Below are positions 48,923-57,750 of a stretch of 64,000 bases of DNA, in pieces; the first letter of the stretch is position 1, and every line of letters starts with the position of its first letter. The notes under the pieces are model-generated. The model was given only the letters and a program-made list of their open reading frames with translations. It was not told where the DNA came from and searched no databases. This stretch comes from an uncultured Hyphomicrobiales bacterium (lineage in GTDB: Bacteria; Bacteroidota; Ignavibacteria; Kapaibacteriales; UBA2268): the NCBI GenBank assembly GCA_964509335.1, contig CAZDXB010000010.1, forward strand, positions 3,977 to 67,976, in the 5' to 3' direction. The translations under genes and the position numbers were made by a program.

Positions 48923-51208
48923 TTGATGGAGAGAAGCGGGGAAGAGCAAAATACGACGTTCGCCCGAGACTTAGGGCTGTTCGACGCTACGATGATAGGC
49001 GTCGGGGCGATGATAGGCGCGGGAATATTTGTGCTTACCGGCATAGCCGCCGGAGAAGCCGGCCCCGCCTCCATTGTAGCCTTCGCTTTAAACGGAGTAG
49101 TTACTTTATTAACCGCATTCTCATACGCCGAACTCGCCTCGGCAATCCCTCGCGCCGGCGGCGGATACTCCTTCGTCCGTATGGCTTTCCCCCGGGCGGT
49201 CGGTTTCGTCGCCGGATGGATGCTATGGTTCGCTTACACAGTAGCTTGTAGCCTCTACGCGCTCGGTTTCGCCGGTTACTTTTGGGAATTTTTCCTTAAA
49301 TATACTCCGAATCTTTCCGGCGGTATATTTAGCGTAATCGGGCATTCGCCTTCAATACTAATCGTAACGCTGATTATCGGAATCGCTTTCGTTTGGCTAA
49401 ACGTCCGAGGCGCCGACGTTACCGGAAGAACGGAAAATATACTGACTATGTCCAAAATCACCATTCTCGCCGTCTTCCTCTTCTTCGGAATCCTGCAAAT
49501 AACCGAAGAGCCGGCGAGAGCGGCGGAGAGCTTCGAACCCTTCTTCCCAAAAGGATTCAACGGCGTCTTAATCGCGATGGGGCTGACATTCATTGCCTTC
49601 GAAGGCTACGACTTAATAGCCACCGTAGCCGAGGAAATCAAAAATCCCGAGAAAAATATACCCAAAGCCACCTTTATTTCCTTAGCCGTTACAATCACTA
49701 TATATTTGCTGATCCTTTTCGTATCGCTCGGAGCGGTCAATCCCGGCGATTTAACTTCTTGGGAATTTCTCGGCAAATACAAAGAAACCGCCATAGTGCG
49801 AGCCGCGGAAGATTTTATGCCCTCGATTGGCGTCGTAGTTATCGTTTTCGGCGGCTTGCTATCGACAATGTCCGCCCTGAACGCCACCGTTATGTCCGCC
49901 TCACGCGTGGCTTTCTCTATGGGCAGAGACAACTGGCTACCTAAAAAAATGGCGTATATCCACCCAAAAAGGCGCACACCCCACGTCGCAATTATTGCGA
50001 CCGGATTCGTTTTATTGGCGATGGCGCTCGCTTTGCCGATTGAGACGGTCGGCTCGGCGGCGAGCTTGATATTTCTGCTGACCTTCGCTTTCGTTAACTT
50101 ATCCGTTATCGTGCTAAGAAGAAAATATCCCGAAGTCCCGCGCAAATACAGAGTCCCTTTTTATCCAATAGCTCCGATTTTGGGCTTTCTGCTCAATATT
50201 TTCCTCGCCGTCTATCAATTCAACTTCCAACCGATAGCGTGGTATATCACAATCGGATGGATTGTGCTTGGGCTGTTATTGTATTACTCCGTCTTCGAAA
50301 AGATAGCTTCCGGCTTCGAACCGAAAGTGTTGATGTCAACCCCCAAAGTAACGCTGTCCGAAAAAACTCCCGCTATAGTGGTCGCCCTTTACAACCCGAA
50401 CAACGCCCGAACCTTATTAAAACTCGCACGCTCCATCGCGAGACAAAAAAATATGCCGATAATAGCGATTAGCGTAATAGTAGTTCCGAGGCAAATGCCG
50501 ATTCACGAGGGGATGCGCTACGCCGAACAAAAGGACGAGCTATTCAACGCCGCTAAAAAATACGCCGAGGAAAACGGCTTCTCAATCGAAACCGACCTCG
50601 TAATAGCGCACGCCGCCTCCGACGGACTGCTCGAAGCAGTCGAAAGACACAACGCCGACACGCTCGTTATGGGCTGGAAGGGCTACACAAGAGCCAAAGA
50701 TAGAATGTTCGGCGAAATAGCGGACAAAATTATAAGATACGTCCCCTGCGATTTAGCGCTTCTGAAAATCGGCGAAGACGCAAGCATTGAAAACTGCCTC
50801 TTCCCCACATCCGGCGGACCAAACGCCAAACTAGCCTCGAAAATTATCGACGGATTGGCCGAAGACAGCGATATGAACATCACCGCAACTTACGTAGCGC
50901 CGGAAAATCCCGATAGCGAGCAAATCGAGTTCGGCGAGAGCAAAATCGACGAGACGCTAAATACGATGAAGAATCGCTCGAAAATAAACAAAAAGCTAAT
51001 CGAAGCGAACTTAATACCCGAAGGCATAACCGAAGCGAGCAAAAACTACGACCTCGTCGTAATCGGCGCGGCTAAAGAATCATTCTTCAGAAAAATGCTC
51101 TTCGGCGAAATACCGGAAAAAGTCGCCCGCAACTCGCCCGCCTCCGTCCTCGTCGTCAAACAATACGAAGGACTCGTAAAAACAGCGATAAAAAGGGTTA
51201 TGGGGTGA
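48923..51208 (+). CDS. APC-superfamily amino-acid permease fused to two C-terminal universal stress protein (UspA) domains
   Basis: 12-TM APC core (GAGIFVLTG, FAY.E...A.P.AGG.Y.F), about 440 aa. Then two UspA-like alpha/beta modules (TLVMGWKG, VLVVKQY). Confidence 0.8.
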   Translation: MMERSGEEQNTTFARDLGLFDATMIGVGAMIGAGIFVLTGIAAGEAGPASIVAFALNGVVTLLTAFSYAELASAIPRAGGGYSFVRMAFPRAVGFVAGWMLWFAYTVACSLYALGFAGYFWEFFLKYTPNLSGGIFSVIGHSPSILIVTLIIGIAFVWLNVRGADVTGRTENILTMSKITILAVFLFFGILQITEEPARAAESFEPFFPKGFNGVLIAMGLTFIAFEGYDLIATVAEEIKNPEKNIPKATFISLAVTITIYLLILFVSLGAVNPGDLTSWEFLGKYKETAIVRAAEDFMPSIGVVVIVFGGLLSTMSALNATVMSASRVAFSMGRDNWLPKKMAYIHPKRRTPHVAIIATGFVLLAMALALPIETVGSAASLIFLLTFAFVNLSVIVLRRKYPEVPRKYRVPFYPIAPILGFLLNIFLAVYQFNFQPIAWYITIGWIVLGLLLYYSVFEKIASGFEPKVLMSTPKVTLSEKTPAIVVALYNPNNARTLLKLARSIARQKNMPIIAISVIVVPRQMPIHEGMRYAEQKDELFNAAKKYAEENGFSIETDLVIAHAASDGLLEAVERHNADTLVMGWKGYTRAKDRMFGEIADKIIRYVPCDLALLKIGEDASIENCLFPTSGGPNAKLASKIIDGLAEDSDMNITATYVAPENPDSEQIEFGESKIDETLNTMKNRSKINKKLIEANLIPEGITEASKNYDLVVIGAAKESFFRKMLFGEIPEKVARNSPASVLVVKQYEGLVKTAIKRVMG
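51128..51208 (+). repeat. Direct repeat copy 1 (the 3-prime end of the permease-Usp gene). Partner copy at 53643..53723.
   Basis: 76/81 nt identical to 53643..53723. Both copies keep the reading frame and end at TGA. Confidence 0.85.
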
Positions 51209-51230
51209 GGTATTGTCCGTTTAAAAAAGT

Positions 51231-51265
51231 ATAAAAAAAGGGAACGCGAAAAACGCGATCCCTTT
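51231..51265 (-). terminator. Rho-independent terminator (minus strand) after the 51288..51872 gene
   Basis: Stem aaagggaacgcg / cgcgatcccttt with loop aaaaa, followed on the minus strand by TTTTTTT. Confidence 0.65.
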
Positions 51266-51287
51266 CTTGTCCGTTAGAGAAAATTAT

Positions 51288-51872
51288 TTAATTCATGATT
51301 CTATCGATTGCAAAGAGAAGCAAATCAGCGCCGCAAAGATTTGTGGAAATGTCAATGACACCTAAATCAACGCCTACACACCAACAAGCGGCATTTGCCT
51401 CGCATCTATGCCCGCAACCGCCAGTGCAACCGGAAAAATCGCCGCCGCTGTTATCGGTCGAAAAACATCTGTCGTATGATTCGGTGAAGGCTTCCAGCGG
51501 AGCGCTTTCAAACTTCTTAATTAAACCGACGACGTTTTTCTCAGCCTTTTTCATCATTTTTCCAATCTTCTCTTCGAATTCTCTCTTGCTTGCGTTCTCC
51601 ATAAAAGCGTAAACCTTCTTGCCTCGATAATTTTCAAAAGAAACGTAATATACCTTTTCCTTTTTATCGAATTTGATATCCCTCTTCAAATCTTCGGTTA
51701 CTTTTCTAAAAGCCTTGCTGATTTTATTCGCGTCAAAATTTTCAGCTAAGTACTTAACGGCTAAATACTGAGCTGGATACACCTTTTGACTTTGAATAGC
51801 GTCGCCTTTCGCGCTAGCTAAGATGGGCGTGAACATAATCGCCGCGAGCGTTAAAATAATTAGTTTTTTCAT
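51288..51872 (-). CDS. Hypothetical secreted protein with a Cys-rich C-terminal segment (start placed at MKKLIIL)
   Basis: Signal peptide MKKLIILTLAAIMFTPILASA. C-terminus C-x12-C-x3-C-x3-C-x5-C-x-C-x15-C. Confidence 0.45.
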   Translation of the reverse strand: MKKLIILTLAAIMFTPILASAKGDAIQSQKVYPAQYLAVKYLAENFDANKISKAFRKVTEDLKRDIKFDKKEKVYYVSFENYRGKKVYAFMENASKREFEEKIGKMMKKAEKNVVGLIKKFESAPLEAFTESYDRCFSTDNSGGDFSGCTGGCGHRCEANAACWCVGVDLGVIDISTNLCGADLLLFAIDRIMN

Positions 51873-51907
51873 AAAACTTCTCCTTTTGGTGTTAAACATT
51901 AAACAAA

Positions 51908-52786
51908 TTATATATCAAAACTCAACGAAAAACATAACGATTGCTCGAGCTGTCTTGTCGCCGAATAATACTTGTCGTATAAAAGACGCATTGAATAATC
52001 TATCTCAAATATATCGTAACGGAGCGAAGAGGAGCCTAAAACGCTAACTCTCGAGTTCTTCAAACTAGTAAACTGGTCTTTTTTGCCTAACGCGTTCGCG
52101 CTAAACGACAGAGAATAAGTTAAATCCTCCACTATTTCTCTATCGTACTCTAGTTCAAACGTCGCGCTATATCCTAATTCCTTAGCCGAATTGACCCTTA
52201 TTTCTTCTCCCTTTTTTAAAGTAAAATCGTCGGTATAAGTCTCCTGATAAGAATAACCGACGCCGTATGTCAAGGATAATCTATTAGAACCGTTTTCCGA
52301 AACGGAGTAATGCTTCTGTCCAATGAATAATGTATTGTAAACAAATAGCGGGTCCATAAAACCTGTCTTCCTATCCCCTATTTTGCCTTCCCCCATTTCG
52401 GTCTCCGCCGTGGTTTCGAAAAAGAGTCTTACTTTAGGAACGTTCCAAATTGTCATAGACGGACATATACTTAATATAAAATCGTCTTGCGTTTTGATCG
52501 GCAACTCCTTTTTATAATGGCTTTGCCCGTAATTCATATACAAATCGACTTTAAAACCAAAGGTCTCGCCTTCCAAATCCAACTTTGATTCCAGCTTAGA
52601 ATTCCACTGCAAACTCTCGTTTTCGTTGCCGGCAGAACTTTCTCCGGAAAAAATCAAACCGGCGGAAGGATTAAATCGAAAATAAACGTCTAATCCTTTT
52701 TCTTCTTCCTCTTCGGCTTTCGCAAAACCGCTAAGCAAGAAGCAAAGCATTAAAGCAAACGTTGTATTTATTTTTGACAACCTCAT
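51908..52786 (-). CDS. Hypothetical outer-membrane beta-barrel protein
   Basis: Signal peptide MRLSKINTTFALMLCFLLSGFAKA. Alternating amphipathic beta-strand pattern. Confidence 0.45.
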   Translation of the reverse strand: MRLSKINTTFALMLCFLLSGFAKAEEEEEKGLDVYFRFNPSAGLIFSGESSAGNENESLQWNSKLESKLDLEGETFGFKVDLYMNYGQSHYKKELPIKTQDDFILSICPSMTIWNVPKVRLFFETTAETEMGEGKIGDRKTGFMDPLFVYNTLFIGQKHYSVSENGSNRLSLTYGVGYSYQETYTDDFTLKKGEEIRVNSAKELGYSATFELEYDREIVEDLTYSLSFSANALGKKDQFTSLKNSRVSVLGSSSLRYDIFEIDYSMRLLYDKYYSATRQLEQSLCFSLSFDI

Positions 52787-52987
52787 AATACAAATATTAA
52801 CAATTATTCATTTTGAAACAAATTTTTATTTAAAAATGAACAGAGTATTAATGTTTTGTAATCAAAACGTTTGCGCAAAAGTATCCTTGCCTTTTAATTG
52901 TCGTAAAAATTTGGACGTTCTATTAAAAAAAACGGAACCCCCAAATAAAATTGAGAGTTCCGCTTAAAAACCATCGCGCGTCGAAAA

Positions 52988-53554
52988 TTACATCTTCACG
53001 AACCTCTTTCCGATTTTCTCGTCGCCGGAATCCAACATTATATAATAAACCCCCGGCGCTAAATCCGAAACGTCCATTCGATAGACGTTCTTTCCTCTTT
53101 GCAAAGATACGCCGAGTTTTTGGCGAACAGTCTCGCCCAAAGAATTATATATATTAACGGCGGTTTCCGTATAAACTTCGCCCGATTTAATTTCCAAATT
53201 TACAATGTCGCTTACGGGATTGGGATTGACGCTCAAAGACAAACCGGAGACAACTCCGCTTTCAACTTTCGCCGGAACGCCCTCGCCCTGAGTTAAAGTA
53301 ATTGTCTTGTTTATTTCGGCAACCTCGAACTTCTCGTAATCGGGAATCTCGCCCGTCCAAGTTACCACAATCGAATCGACGCTCGCGCAATCGCCGAGCC
53401 CGTAATACAGCCTAGCCGGTCTTTGCGACCTGACTCCGTTGCCGGCGGTTACCTCTTGAGTAAACTTTTTATCGCCGTTCCAATACTTCAACGTTTCCGC
53501 TTGGGAAACAACCGTTAACGCAAGAAACGCCAATAAAATCTTCTTTATCATCAT
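52988..53554 (-). CDS. Secreted protein with a T9SS C-terminal sorting domain (type A CTD)
   Basis: Signal peptide. C-terminal about 80 aa carrying the Por-secretion CTD signature (...NIYNSLGETV...GKNVYRMDVSDLAPGVYYIMLDSGDEKIGKRFVKM). Confidence 0.7.
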   Translation of the reverse strand: MMIKKILLAFLALTVVSQAETLKYWNGDKKFTQEVTAGNGVRSQRPARLYYGLGDCASVDSIVVTWTGEIPDYEKFEVAEINKTITLTQGEGVPAKVESGVVSGLSLSVNPNPVSDIVNLEIKSGEVYTETAVNIYNSLGETVRQKLGVSLQRGKNVYRMDVSDLAPGVYYIMLDSGDEKIGKRFVKM

Positions 53555-53642
53555 CCAATATCTCCTAAGATAAACTAAAACTTAACAATGAAATTAATCA
53601 GTTTTGAAAATAAAACTTTTCTATGAAATAGCAAAAAGGCTA

Positions 53643-53723
53643 CGCAACTCGCCTACCTCCGTCCTCGTCGTCAAACAATACGAAGGACTCGTAAAATCAG
53701 CAACAAAAAGGGTTATGGGGTGA
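53643..53723 (+). repeat. Direct repeat copy 2: an orphan in-frame 3-prime gene fragment homologous to the end of the permease-Usp gene
   Basis: Encodes RNSPTSVLVVKQYEGLVKSATKRVMG*, versus RNSPASVLVVKQYEGLVKTAIKRVMG* at the end of the intact gene. Confidence 0.85.
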
Positions 53724-53766
53724 TTTTTATCATAAGGGTTGTAAGACTAGAAAATAAAGTTTATAA

Positions 53767-54885
53767 TTATGCGTGTGAAACAGTTATTTTGTATCGTTTA
53801 TGTAATATTTCGGATAAAGAAATCGCATTCGACCAATTCTCATTATTTTTTATCCAATAATATGATTGAGGCGGTTTTAATTCAGAACCGATTAAATGGT
53901 TGAGCTGAGTTAATGGAATAGGCGCGGTATATCTATTAAAATTCTTAAAAAATATCGAATAAATCTCCTTAGTATCCTTTGTATATTGAAAATATTCTTT
54001 CTCCGAACAAGCAATTTTTTCTTTGTACTTATCCCAAATTAATGTAGGGGGATTTTTCTCTATAGCGTCGATTGTAACATATCCATGTATCTCTTGACTC
54101 GGCTTAGATGAATATAATACCACTTTACAGCCCTTTAGATTTGCATTAAAATATTTGCGAATTTCTACGGTCTTTTCGCCAGACTTAATTTTATCAAAAT
54201 AATCGGGCTTAATACTCATTACTATCCCATTTTGTATATCGTCGTGATACTTAATAAAACGAGAGTTTAATTTAGGCAATTTATTGATAATATTATTCCA
54301 AACAGTATTAAAAGACGCTCTATTAATTAATTCTCGGTCGCCGTTACGATATTCTTTTGTATATTTCGATACATTGTCAAAACCGAAAGATTGGAAAAAA
54401 TCTCTTTTTTCGCTCCAAAGACTTTCAGGAAACGTAAAGAAGATTTGCTTAGCATGTCTCTTTGCGTTGTTAGCCATTAAAGTAAAGAATAATTCGCCTA
54501 AATTATAATTTTGATAATCCTTGTCGATATGCAAATGACAAAATTTAGATAACTCGCCTAGTTTAAGAACGGCAGTGGCAATCGGCAAATTGTCAATATA
54601 ACCAACATAGGCAATTCTTTCGCCGTTTTTAATACCCGGTTTTACTTTATCTTTAAACCAAGTCTTAATATTGGGATAATCAACCTCGTGTCTTTCAATT
54701 AACGCCGCCATATTCAATAATGAATCGTGCTTGAAGTCGATATTATCTTTATCAATAGACTCAATAGTCAAGGTCAACTCTTCTGAAAATAATTCGTAGT
54801 TATTTATTGTTTTCATTTTCTTTCTATTCATCATTCTTTCTCCAATCTTTAAAATATTTAGATAATTGAAGTTCTTGTTCTCCAT
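53767..54885 (-). CDS. GNAT-like acetyltransferase domain fused to a C-terminal ASCH (PUA-like) domain. True start probably the internal Met at about 54816.
   Basis: ASCH signature MSIKPDYFDKIKSGEKTVEIRK (GxKxxExR). N-terminal region with a GNAT-like core (IAYVGYID...LGELFF). Lies in an AT-rich island. Confidence 0.55.
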   Translation of the reverse strand: MENKNFNYLNILKIGERMMNRKKMKTINNYELFSEELTLTIESIDKDNIDFKHDSLLNMAALIERHEVDYPNIKTWFKDKVKPGIKNGERIAYVGYIDNLPIATAVLKLGELSKFCHLHIDKDYQNYNLGELFFTLMANNAKRHAKQIFFTFPESLWSEKRDFFQSFGFDNVSKYTKEYRNGDRELINRASFNTVWNNIINKLPKLNSRFIKYHDDIQNGIVMSIKPDYFDKIKSGEKTVEIRKYFNANLKGCKVVLYSSKPSQEIHGYVTIDAIEKNPPTLIWDKYKEKIACSEKEYFQYTKDTKEIYSIFFKNFNRYTAPIPLTQLNHLIGSELKPPQSYYWIKNNENWSNAISLSEILHKRYKITVSHA

Positions 54886-56116
54886 AACTTGGTTTTTTAT
54901 CTTCGTTCCATTCGTCGAATTTAGACATACGATAAAATTTTAATTTTGCCAATCTCTCTCCGTCCGCTAAAGTTACGTCAACATTATGTCCTCTAACTTC
55001 GAAAATTAAAGGTGTGCCATTTTTCCCGTCATCTCTATGTAAACCAAAATACGGATGCACAAAGCCGGCGTAATGAATTCTCATTTCGCCTAGAGATTCG
55101 TCGATTGCCCTACAATAAACCGCTACTCCTTCAGGCATCGCTATTCTTTCTTTTGACCTTATAATATAAAATTTATCTTTTACTATTTTTAATCTATTGT
55201 TTTTATCAGATTCTACAATATCCCAAAAATCTTCAGGTTTATGTTCTTTTCCAATTAAATCAATAAATTTATCCTCATTATCCTCATTATCGTCTTTCTT
55301 TGAAATAAACGCAGTTGCTTTTTTCCCAACAATGTCAGTTTTAGTTGTATCTACAGATAAATATCCAAGACCATCCTTGCTTCCAATTAAAACATTATTA
55401 AGGAAATCTTCGTCTTTTATTTCAGAATCTTCTGGTTTCCCATAGAAAAATCTTAATTGCGATAATGTCTGATCAGATCTTACTTTTATATTAAAACTTA
55501 TGGGGATAACTTCAAGATACAACTCGCCGGTTGAATCCTTTAAATTCTCCGACTCAAATTCTTCATACTGAGATTCGCCGTCAACTATTAATCGAGCTAG
55601 TACGTCTAATCTTCCAGTTGAGCTTTTCGCTGTCGCTTGACCGTATATATTTTTTAATTTCGCAGTAAGTCTTTCCTTTAATTTAAAAACATAGCATTCC
55701 CCTGCGTATAATTGATAATGTTCATCTTCATTATTCTCATATCTGTCAGAAAGTTCACGATTATTAAGGATTCTTCTATAAGCCTCTTTCCCAAACGGCT
55801 TTATTGACCCTTTTTTCATTTTCCAACATTCATCAGACAATCTCAAATCTACCGATGACTCGTGCCAATCATCCGCCCATTCCTTTTTATCCTCATATTT
55901 TTTTTGGTCGCTTTCTTTTGTAGTAATATCAAAATTGCTTATATAACCGTCGTTATGAAGTTCCTCAAGTTGGGTATGCGATAAAATACCCGGTAACCAA
56001 TGGTTTTCCTCCCAAGGATGTTTTGCCATCTTCTTCCTAAAAAATATTTTTTTTAAACTTTTAACAAAAGATACGAATTTCATAGCAATAAACCAACTTT
56101 TTTCACGATATTTCAA
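54824..56116 (-). CDS. 2-prime-deoxycytidine 5-prime-triphosphate deaminase family protein (DCD, PF06559-like; tandem dUTPase-fold domains). True start probably the internal Met at about 56029.
   Basis: VDLRL... and GRLDVLARLI (compare E. coli Dcd VDLRLG.. and GRSSLARLGL). dUTPase-fold motifs AGFVHPYFG and TPLIFEVRG in the C-terminal half. AT-rich codon usage unlike the neighbours. Confidence 0.55.
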   Translation of the reverse strand: MKYREKSWFIAMKFVSFVKSLKKIFFRKKMAKHPWEENHWLPGILSHTQLEELHNDGYISNFDITTKESDQKKYEDKKEWADDWHESSVDLRLSDECWKMKKGSIKPFGKEAYRRILNNRELSDRYENNEDEHYQLYAGECYVFKLKERLTAKLKNIYGQATAKSSTGRLDVLARLIVDGESQYEEFESENLKDSTGELYLEVIPISFNIKVRSDQTLSQLRFFYGKPEDSEIKDEDFLNNVLIGSKDGLGYLSVDTTKTDIVGKKATAFISKKDDNEDNEDKFIDLIGKEHKPEDFWDIVESDKNNRLKIVKDKFYIIRSKERIAMPEGVAVYCRAIDESLGEMRIHYAGFVHPYFGLHRDDGKNGTPLIFEVRGHNVDVTLADGERLAKLKFYRMSKFDEWNEDKKPSYGEQELQLSKYFKDWRKNDE

Positions 56117-56200
56117 CTCAATAGTAACTCGCTGACATACAACTAATTACTATTCTCAAATTTAGAATTGCGAAAATGCATAGTAATTCGTAATTGAATA

Positions 56201-57742
56201 TCACTCCCACTCAATCGTTCCCGGCGGCTTGCTCGTTACGTCGTAAACGACGCGGTTGATTCCGGATATTTCGTTGACGATTCTGTCGCTCGCCTTCGCC
56301 AAAACGTCGTAGGGCATATTGAACCAATCGGCGGTCATCCCGTCCACGCTCGTAACCGCCCGCAAGGCGCAGACGCATTCGTATGTGCGCTCGTCGCCCA
56401 TAACGCCGACGCTCTTCACCGGCAACAACACCGCGAACGCCTGCCATATATCGTTATAAAGCCCCGCCGAGCGTATTTCTTCTATAAATATATCGTCGGC
56501 GCGACGCAAAATATCCAGCCGCTCCTTCGTTACCTCGCCGAGTATCCTAATAGCCAAGCCGGGACCGGGAAAAGGATGCCGCTCGATAAACCACTTCGGA
56601 ACGCCAAGCTCAGCGCCCACGGCTCTCACCTCGTCCTTGAACAGCTCTCTGAACGGTTCCAAGAGCTTCAGATTCATTCGCTCCGGCAAACCGCCGACGT
56701 TGTGATGCGACTTTATCGTAGCCGAAGGTCCCTTGACCGACACCGATTCGATTACGTCGGGATACAGCGTCCCCTGCGCCAGCCATTGAACGTCCGCGAG
56801 CGATTCGGCTTCCTTCTCGAACGCCTCTATAAATTTCGCCCCGATTATTTTGCGCTTCTTCTCTGGGTCGGCGACGCCCGATAGCTCGCTCAAAAACAAA
56901 TCCGACGCGTCCACGAAATCGACGGGAATATCGAACGACTCGCGAAATAGCTTTACAATCATTTCGCTCTCCTTCAAACGCATAACGCCCGTATCGACGT
57001 GAACGCAATGAAGCCTGTCGCCGATAGCCTCGTGAAGCAATACCGCCGCGACGGTTGAATCTACGCCGCCGCTCAAAGCTAAAATAACTTTTTCGTCGCC
57101 GACTTTCTCCCTGATTTCCTCTTTTTTGCTCTCGGCGAAGGAAGCCGCGTTCCAAGTCCCCTTGCAATCGCAAATGTTTCTGACGAAGTTATTTAATATC
57201 TTCCGCCCCTCGACCGTGTGATGCACTTCGGGATGAAACTGCACGCCGAAATTCATTTTATCGCTCGACCTGACGGCGCAAACGGGCGAATTTGCGGAAT
57301 AAGCGATAATCTCAAAGCCGTCCGGCGGCTCCACTAGCGCGTCGCCGTGGCTCATCCATACGATTGAATTAGGCTTTACGCCGGAAAACAAATCATCGTC
57401 GGAATCTATATATAATTCCGCCCTGCCGTATTCCCTGCGCGCCGCTTTATCCACTTTTCCGCCGAGCTGATAAGCGAGAAGTTGCAAACCGTAGCAAATC
57501 CCCAAAACGGGAACGCCCAAATCGAAAACGTCGAACGAAGGCAACGGAGCATCCTCGGCGTAAACGCTCGAAGGACCGCCCGAAAGGATAAGCCCGTTCG
57601 GCTCTAAACTTAACAATTCCTCTTTTGAAATATTATACGGATAAATTTCGCCGTAAACTCCGCTCTCTCGGACTTTTCGGGCTATCAATTGGGTGTATTG
57701 AGAGCCGAAGTCCAATACGATAATTTTCTCGGTAAGTTCCAT
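56201..57742 (-). CDS. guaA: GMP synthase (glutamine-hydrolysing)
   Basis: N-terminal GATase (ILSGGPSSV, catalytic Cys in GICYG). ATP-pyrophosphatase SGGVDS. Conserved C-terminal KPPGTIEWE. 513 aa. Confidence 0.95.
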   Translation of the reverse strand: MELTEKIIVLDFGSQYTQLIARKVRESGVYGEIYPYNISKEELLSLEPNGLILSGGPSSVYAEDAPLPSFDVFDLGVPVLGICYGLQLLAYQLGGKVDKAARREYGRAELYIDSDDDLFSGVKPNSIVWMSHGDALVEPPDGFEIIAYSANSPVCAVRSSDKMNFGVQFHPEVHHTVEGRKILNNFVRNICDCKGTWNAASFAESKKEEIREKVGDEKVILALSGGVDSTVAAVLLHEAIGDRLHCVHVDTGVMRLKESEMIVKLFRESFDIPVDFVDASDLFLSELSGVADPEKKRKIIGAKFIEAFEKEAESLADVQWLAQGTLYPDVIESVSVKGPSATIKSHHNVGGLPERMNLKLLEPFRELFKDEVRAVGAELGVPKWFIERHPFPGPGLAIRILGEVTKERLDILRRADDIFIEEIRSAGLYNDIWQAFAVLLPVKSVGVMGDERTYECVCALRAVTSVDGMTADWFNMPYDVLAKASDRIVNEISGINRVVYDVTSKPPGTIEWE

Positions 57743-57750
57743 TAGCTCTA

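Noticed and set aside
51209-56200. An integrase or recombinase expected for the repeat-bounded island(s)
   Set aside because: No ORF in this region has a tyrosine or serine recombinase signature. The island is therefore called on repeats and composition only.
56610-57173. 187-aa minus-frame ORF and others (56211..56447, 56576..56884) inside guaA
   Set aside because: They overlap the highly conserved GMP synthase frame and are R/G-rich shadow ORFs.
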